From assembly GCA_000165345.1 (NCBI GenBank), contig CM000431.1, positions 800,001-864,000 of the forward strand: 64,000 nucleotides of DNA, read 5' to 3'. Shown one piece after another: positions 58,701 through 64,000 of this stretch. The position numbers were made by a program, and so were the translations under genes. Numbering within the stretch: the first letter of the stretch is position 1; each line of letters starts with the position of its first letter. The notes under the pieces were generated by a model that worked only from the letters and a program-made list of their open reading frames with translations, ran no database searches and was not told where the DNA came from.

Positions 58701-61053
58701 TGGAGATATTTTTCTCAACTCCACTACTTTTTATAAGTTTTACAAGCCTCTGTTCATCAATATGGTCTTTGTTTGCCAAATCTCTAATTCTTGAAAAGTT
58801 GTTATTATTGTCTGCCATACACCAAATCGTTCCTGATTCATTAATCTTCAAAGTAAGCTCAACACTTTCCTCTAATGTTTTAAATTGCTTTATTTCAAGT
58901 TCTGGACTCTTTGAATCAGTAGTTACTCTTATTCTTGAGTATTCAACAGAAAGATCATCCACACTAGAAACAGAGTCAGTATTTCCCTTATTCTTAATGA
59001 TTCTACTAACTTCCTCAGAGAAGCAGAAGAGATCGTACTCTGTATTTGGTCTAATTTCACCCTTAGAAAATGATGAAATAACAAATGTATGACTCTCCTT
59101 TATATTTAAAGATTTCGGGGCTCTTTGTCCATATTTCTTAAGAACTGATACTGTTGGTGTAATAGCTCCTGCTCTGGTAATTCCACACCAAACATCCACT
59201 CCCTCTCTGTTGGACTTTATTGTAGCTCTAATTGTTTTTTCATCTGCTTCAACCTTTTCTATCTGTATTGAACCAATACTTAATTCAGTCTTAAGGCTAG
59301 ATCCTTGCTTGAATCCTTCTCCAACTTTAATCACTTCATCAAAGAACCTGAATTCCAAGTAGCTTCCACTATTCCATCCATCTCCGTAAGAATCATGCAA
59401 GCTTACAGTGTAGTTTCCATATCCTGGTAGACAGCATGGAATCCAGTCAGTACTTGAAACAAGGTCAGAATTTACATTAATATTATTGAAAGAGTAGGTT
59501 CTTCCACTACATCCCAAAGCTCCCTCTACTTCCCAAGACTTCTCAGTTGTGAAGTTACTACTTACAAGCCTTACTTCTCCCCATACACATCTTTGGTCCT
59601 CTCTCTCACTAGATCTCATTACCTCATTTGAGCAATGCCCTGATTTTACAATAATATCATCCAAAGCAATCAAGCTATCCTCAGAACGTCCACCAACTCC
59701 CTCAATAATCATTCTCAAGGGAGTTATACCGTCAGAATAGAATTCAAACCCCCCAAATTGCCATGATGGACCCTGCTGCCCTACAACAAGCCAGTTTGGA
59801 CGTCCATAATGCAATGTAGGTTTTGGGATTTTGTTTTCCAGACGATTTCCTTTACCATCAAGTTGAACTGAGTTCAAAAGACCTGATGCCATATACATCC
59901 TTAACACATTTACATCAGCTCCTGCCATGAAATATCTTAAAGTTAGACAATGACTACCAAAGCTATATACCCTTGGATTTCCTATTAATACTGCTGAAGC
60001 TCCTGGCATATATCCTGGTGCTCTAAAGAAAATATAGTGCCCTTCTCCCTTCACTCCTGTAGTTGTATCACTTTCTGGTCTCGACCCAACTATAGTTTCC
60101 TCACCAACTCCAAGTTCAAATCTTGTCTTTGTTTGGTAGTCTAAAAGAGAGCTGAATCCACAACCAAGGTAACCTTGGAGCTCAAAATCACAATTAAATG
60201 ATGAGTTTTCTTTGGTATTTAATAAACCAGCTGAATAAATATGTAATTTTGGGCTCATGGTATCCTTGAATGCTCTACTTCTTGCAGGAGAATAACAAAT
60301 TGTAAAACTATCAGCATCATCTTTAATCCCATTTATACTGAAGATTACTGTCGCCTGCCTAGCAGCAGATTTTTGCATATTATCACCAATAACAAGCTCT
60401 GAAGTCTCGTATGATCTTACTCCTTTAAACGGTCCCAAGCCAATTTTATTTGGTGGACATTTTCTTAGAATATCACTAAGTAGTAAGTTCTTTTGCTTAA
60501 TAGTCTTCTCTGGAGAATAATTTTCATTTTTTAGTAGGTAAATTGAATCATCTTGTGTTAGACCTACTCCAGATATAGCAACTATACAATTTGATCTTTT
60601 AATACAAAAGTATTCTTGAACAATTGGAGAGATTTCTACAATTGAGTTAGAAGGTCCAGATACTGCCTCATCCTCAGCCCCACTTTGTAACATATAGCCT
60701 CTATTCCCTTCTTCTGGACAGGAGGAGGCACCATCTATAATTTCTGTGGGATTTGGAGAATCTTGGGTATACAAATACAAAACACATCCTTTTTCGGATT
60801 TTTTGTCAGAGCTTACTGCCTTTTCTGGATTGTTAGATTTTTCCTGTAAAGATCTTAGCGAAGGTCTGCCTTTAGATTGTTCTTGTCTTTCTGGAAATAA
60901 TAGCTCTTCAATAGCTGAAGGTTCATTCATACTTGGAAGAATTCCCGCATTTCTAGTTAGTGGATTTGAAGCATCAGCTTCATTTATTTGACTACAGATT
61001 AGTTCAGATAAACTGAAAAAAGTCAGAAGCAAGAACTTTAACCAATGAAGCAT
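55744..61053 (-). CDS. Secreted MAM-domain / copper amine oxidase fusion protein (1769 aa)
   Basis: Signal peptide MLHWLKFLLLTFFSLSELICS. A MAM-like block lies at about aa 290-400 (NCDFELQGYLGCGF...GEGHYIFF...CLTLRYFMAG). The C-terminal copper amine oxidase domain has the topaquinone consensus TVSNYDYI (about 56586..56600) and copper His motifs HSHFAVW and HHH. Confidence 0.8.
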   Translation of the reverse strand: MLHWLKFLLLTFFSLSELICSQINEADASNPLTRNAGILPSMNEPSAIEELLFPERQEQSKGRPSLRSLQEKSNNPEKAVSSDKKSEKGCVLYLYTQDSPNPTEIIDGASSCPEEGNRGYMLQSGAEDEAVSGPSNSIVEISPIVQEYFCIKRSNCIVAISGVGLTQDDSIYLLKNENYSPEKTIKQKNLLLSDILRKCPPNKIGLGPFKGVRSYETSELVIGDNMQKSAARQATVIFSINGIKDDADSFTICYSPARSRAFKDTMSPKLHIYSAGLLNTKENSSFNCDFELQGYLGCGFSSLLDYQTKTRFELGVGEETIVGSRPESDTTTGVKGEGHYIFFRAPGYMPGASAVLIGNPRVYSFGSHCLTLRYFMAGADVNVLRMYMASGLLNSVQLDGKGNRLENKIPKPTLHYGRPNWLVVGQQGPSWQFGGFEFYSDGITPLRMIIEGVGGRSEDSLIALDDIIVKSGHCSNEVMRSSEREDQRCVWGEVRLVSSNFTTEKSWEVEGALGCSGRTYSFNNINVNSDLVSSTDWIPCCLPGYGNYTVSLHDSYGDGWNSGSYLEFRFFDEVIKVGEGFKQGSSLKTELSIGSIQIEKVEADEKTIRATIKSNREGVDVWCGITRAGAITPTVSVLKKYGQRAPKSLNIKESHTFVISSFSKGEIRPNTEYDLFCFSEEVSRIIKNKGNTDSVSSVDDLSVEYSRIRVTTDSKSPELEIKQFKTLEESVELTLKINESGTIWCMADNNNNFSRIRDLANKDHIDEQRLVKLIKSSGVEKNISSKDISGDIKLSIRNLIPSTEYDIVCLAEDLALPRSNRISFEKVLANLTKRVTTKDRVPKIEITRIVPELGRFNIVVKSDTPGKITCVATLPEGMYPSPSEIEKYGQNTEVSDPKEEKQLILNGIEGNQKYIIYCMAQSRTGLTMTISDIWATAKDISSFGKFCDIPSYPSEVENGMETPFDPLTYLEEMKVRSYFDSVKESVGSKGPYRVTLFVNKTEAYEYLDSLDLHKRTPELYPKPNPPERYARVRFGSCNETENMVDPLGLNGLYHQWKVGPIILTKKETENIGLWNVADSNTTSNVSEDEKIIAMKHYPISEPRPVECDGWNPTGPFGRRLEQIIINDEGKTRFSIPMLKLGELLEQNSLDKIVFETCGNYLPRDQVFGKDYVKLGPIIYQPHNVTSENEEEQERKDVDEEDEDEDAEPKLWIGLKTKEGNQCPIFFELKAPYTTLESIRNGHAKIEFDRMHQMLVNRIWYDGTSFKTLQDLVSTYNEAKASIEESQSSGTPFSNLPLKLVTPNILQERRIQREKHMNELRLRKLQFLEMFSRGGLESRAKPEHCEPGGRRFQVFKSPNREAYTVNWIGWELTLTNDRDSGLKIWNLTFLGRRVAFEVAMVDAMAHYTVFERQWFFLDSWYGGLGTAARKVHPGLECANTAQTIFWDSSACIFELDTGRPIRSHWKSGGIKDAAPLTSLVIRQIITVSNYDYIVDLILYNQGSFEMGVSFTGELYAGLEVPYFSAKQKKYGTQITPSGQMAALHSHFAVWKVDFDLGPDYTDNSVAWVKVRRDPEKEGHHILERIIAERETNAYSMLNETHHHPKAYFVVDEKLQTYGNVGGFMIKSIKSIADLMPEHELYSGPASWSKYDLASSVFKYSELDADLPRDNKFASKPAVRFDSFIMDDEVIRHRDVVTWVTSGIWHIPTLEDVPQTTALGNTLGWYARPFNWWPMDPSITLHNAVKGDFIEPGTCALQRKGNLFQLIKVVE

Positions 61054-61480
61054 CTTTTCTTGATTGTTTAAGCTTAAATTAAGATTATATATAATATTAG
61101 TGAGTTAATTTCGACACTTATTTAGCTGCATTCAGCCTTTTTCTTATGCAAAATAATCTTTATTAAATTTAAGGTTTAAATTAATTAATATTATTTGTTT
61201 ATATTAAAAGAATCTGTAAGCTTTTGAGCACTAGATTTAACTTATTAATGTATTTATCGCCAATACTTATACTCTCTAAGTTAAGAAGAAAAGGGAGGTA
61301 TTGGTGAAAATAGTATTCGAATCTATTTATATTTAGATTGAATAATATTAATTTTTAATTCCCAAAAATTATTTCAATTGATTTATATTTGAGAGAAATC
61401 AAATATTACAAATAATATCACTTTTACATCTTTAGACCTTACTTTATATGAAATTCAAACCTTGTTGCATCTACATGCTC

Positions 61481-61520
61481 GGATTTTTGCATGCAAATTG
61501 CAAACTGCATGCAAAAATCC
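61481..61520. promoter_or_regulatory. 40-nt palindrome carrying two GCATGCA (G-box/AP2-like) motifs, upstream of the MAM-CuAO gene
   Basis: GGATTTTTGCATGCA-AATTGCAAAC-TGCATGCAAAAATCC has perfect 15-nt inverted arms. It lies about 430 bp upstream of the CuAO ATG. Confidence 0.5.
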
Positions 61521-61730
61521 GTCTCAAGTAATTTTTACTTTTAAGTATAACTTGAGAACACTTAGGGAAATAAGAGAATATTTAAATTCACAAAATAATT
61601 GAATAAAAATGATAGAAAAGCTCAAAATTATTATTTAATGCCTTTAGACAAAAATCTAAAAAAAGCTATTAGAGTTAATAATACTAGGAGAGAGAAATCT
61701 CTAGGTTATAAAATATCATTGAATAAAAAA

Positions 61731-63782
61731 TTAAGAATCTGAATCTTGAGACTCACAGGAATTATCCTCATGATTAGCATAGTTTTCACTAGATTGATTA
61801 TCTGAATTACCTGGTTTATATGCCTTCTGAGTGATTGCCCAAGAGGCCTGTTTAAGCTCTTCCAGTTGTGATTTAATACTCTGAATAGCGGATTCATAGT
61901 CTGAAGACTGGGTAGATTCTTGTAAAATAGATTGTAATTTAGAAATCTTGGATTCCAAGCTATCTTTTTCTTGGGTATTGATTTGGTCAGCTAGAGAAGA
62001 AATTTGATTTTGTACAGAGTAGATAAAGGCTTCTGCATCATTCTTGAGATCAATAAGCTCTTTTTTAGCTTGATCATTTGCTCTGTATTCTTCAGCTTCT
62101 CTGATCATTTTCTCAATTTCAGCACCACTTAGACCTCCAGAAGATTGAATAGTGATCTCGTGTTTCTTTCCAGTTGACTTATCAATTGCACCAACATTCA
62201 TAATTCCATTTGCATCAATATCAAAGGTGACTTCAATTTGAGGTACCCCTCTGGGTGCTGGAGGAATTCCCATCATTTCAAATTGTCCAAGCAACTTATT
62301 ATCAGCAGCAAATTCTCTTTCTCCTTGGAAAACTTTAATTCCAACTTGAGTTTGATTGTCTGCAGCAGTGGAGAATACTTGGCTCTTTTTAGTAGGTATT
62401 GTGGTATTTCTGTTAATTAATCGAGTAAAAACTCCACCCAAAGTTTCAATACCTAAAGATAAGGGTGTAACGTCGAGTAACAAAAGATCCTTGATCTCCC
62501 CTTTCAAAACACCAGCTTGTATAGCAGCTCCCATTGCAACAGCTTCGTCAGGGTTAACTCCTTTTGATGGCTCTCTTCCAAAGATCTTTTTAACTGTTTC
62601 AGAAACTTTAGGCATTCTAGTCATTCCTCCGACTAAAATAACGTCATTAATCTTTTCCTTAGGGATACCAGAGTCACGAATACATTTCTCACTAGGAGAA
62701 ATAGTCTTTTTCAATAAATCGTCAACAAGTTCTTCATATTTGGCTCTACTTAGTTTGATTTGTAGATGTTTAGGACCTCTTGCATCAGCAGTAATGAAAG
62801 GAAGATTAATTTCAACTTGAGTCTTACTACTCAGCTCTTTTTTTGCAGTTTCTGAGGCTTCCCTTAACCTCTGTAATGCAAGCTTATCACGACTTAAATC
62901 TATTCCTTGCGTTTTCTTGAATTCCTGAATTAAATAATTCAAAATTCGTTGATCAAAGTCTTCTCCTCCTAGGGAAGTGTTACCATTAGTTGCTTTAACT
63001 TCAAACACTCCGCCAAGAATCTCTAAAATAGAAATATCGAAAGTACCTCCTCCCAAATCATAAACTGCGATTGTTTTGCCATCTGCTTTTTCCATTCCGT
63101 ATGCAAGAGCCGCTGCTGTTGGCTCATTAATGATTCTTGTTACATTTAAGCCTGCTATAGAGCCAGCATCCTTAGTTGCTTGACGCTGAGAATCATTAAA
63201 GTAAGCTGGCACAGTAATAACAGCATGCTTTACACCTCTACCAAGATAAGTTTCGGCAGTTTCTTTCATTTTTTCCAAAATAAATGCTCCAATTTGACTT
63301 GGACTATATCTTTCACCTCTAGCTTCAACCCAAGCATCCCCATTATCAGCCCTGACAATCTTATATGGTAAAATTCCCTGTTCCTTCTTGATTGCTTCTT
63401 CTTCGTACCTTCTTCCAATTAGCCTCTTTGTTGCGTAAACAGTGTTTTCTGGGTTTGTGATTGCTTGTCTTTTTGCAACTTCACCAACCAATCTCTGCCC
63501 ATCTTCAGAAAAAGCCACAACAGATGGAGTTGTTCGCATTCCTTCAGAATTTTCTAATACTTTGGGTTGAGTACCTTCTAATATGGCAGTACAAGAATTT
63601 GTAGTTCCTAAATCAATTCCTATAATGTCACCAGTAATTCTCCTATTTGAAGACTTTTTGCCTTCACATTTTGAGCTCATATACCTTGAAAACACTAACG
63701 GAAGGCTCCTTTTAAGTATTCTAGCTGCAATACCAGACGAATTCACCACCCCATTAAAGCTACTATTAATTATCATAGACAT
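61731..63782 (-). CDS. Mitochondrial-type Hsp70 (DnaK/Ssc1-like) with an N-terminal targeting presequence
   Basis: [30 protein letters not shown] and [12 protein letters not shown] are classic HSP70 signatures. The ~45-aa basic/hydroxylated N-terminal extension is typical of a presequence. The organellar-type tail is [11 protein letters not shown]. Confidence 0.9.
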   Translation of the reverse strand: MSMIINSSFNGVVNSSGIAARILKRSLPLVFSRYMSSKCEGKKSSNRRITGDIIGIDLGTTNSCTAILEGTQPKVLENSEGMRTTPSVVAFSEDGQRLVGEVAKRQAITNPENTVYATKRLIGRRYEEEAIKKEQGILPYKIVRADNGDAWVEARGERYSPSQIGAFILEKMKETAETYLGRGVKHAVITVPAYFNDSQRQATKDAGSIAGLNVTRIINEPTAAALAYGMEKADGKTIAVYDLGGGTFDISILEILGGVFEVKATNGNTSLGGEDFDQRILNYLIQEFKKTQGIDLSRDKLALQRLREASETAKKELSSKTQVEINLPFITADARGPKHLQIKLSRAKYEELVDDLLKKTISPSEKCIRDSGIPKEKINDVILVGGMTRMPKVSETVKKIFGREPSKGVNPDEAVAMGAAIQAGVLKGEIKDLLLLDVTPLSLGIETLGGVFTRLINRNTTIPTKKSQVFSTAADNQTQVGIKVFQGEREFAADNKLLGQFEMMGIPPAPRGVPQIEVTFDIDANGIMNVGAIDKSTGKKHEITIQSSGGLSGAEIEKMIREAEEYRANDQAKKELIDLKNDAEAFIYSVQNQISSLADQINTQEKDSLESKISKLQSILQESTQSSDYESAIQSIKSQLEELKQASWAITQKAYKPGNSDNQSSENYANHEDNSCESQDSDS

Positions 63783-64000
63783 TCTCGAAAGAACAAGTCA
63801 GTGATTTGACCAAGGAACAAATTCTAAATTTAACACTAAAAAGCAATTCCTTCTATTAAAGTACCTTTAACTTATTGCCGAATTCTCAAATTATTAAATT
63901 GGGCTTTTTTTTATTTCTCGAATTCCGTAAATAAATTTTGCTATACTGGGGCTTTTTGGCGCCATAGGTGTTCTTCTGATTGTCAAAAATAGATAAAAAG

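Overview
This 64-kb window comes from an AT-rich, gene-dense, intron-poor eukaryotic genome, not a prokaryotic one. Long uninterrupted ORFs on both strands, poly-Asn and poly-Glu low-complexity tracts, (TA)n microsatellites, three ~50-60 nt GTAAGT...YAG introns, a mitochondrial-type Hsp70 with a presequence, and a MAM-domain copper amine oxidase all point to an apicomplexan-like organism, probably Cryptosporidium or a relative. I cannot prove this without a database search. I call about 24 protein-coding genes and one tRNA-Gly(UCC). The protein-coding calls include a partial DERA-like aldolase, lipin, a GCN2-type eIF2alpha kinase, archaemetzincin, a Noc4/CBF-like gene split across two frames, AK6/Fap7, MED31, a GRIP-domain golgin, PheRS-alpha, DPH2, a DDX56/Dbp9-like helicase, RPAP1-like, RPA3 and mtHsp70, plus several large hypothetical or secreted proteins. 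Nothing in the window is prokaryotic (no CRISPR, no IS elements). The most interesting items are: (1) a 1555-aa ORF whose motif order (KxDG ligase, then P-loop kinase, then 2H cyclic phosphodiesterase) matches fungal/plant Trl1-type tRNA ligase; (2) an unmistakable SECIS-binding-protein-2-type L7Ae domain at the C-terminus of a 1445-aa N/S/G-rich protein, in a lineage reported to lack selenoproteins; (3) a spliced DERA-like gene in which the Schiff-base lysine position is valine; (4) a MAM + copper-amine-oxidase secreted fusion; (5) recurring TTTGGCGC (E2F-like) and GCATGCA (AP2/G-box-like) promoter motifs, including a 40-nt G-box palindrome; (6) several annotation problems (overlapping convergent CDS, a split Noc4-like gene, missed 5' and 3' exons).
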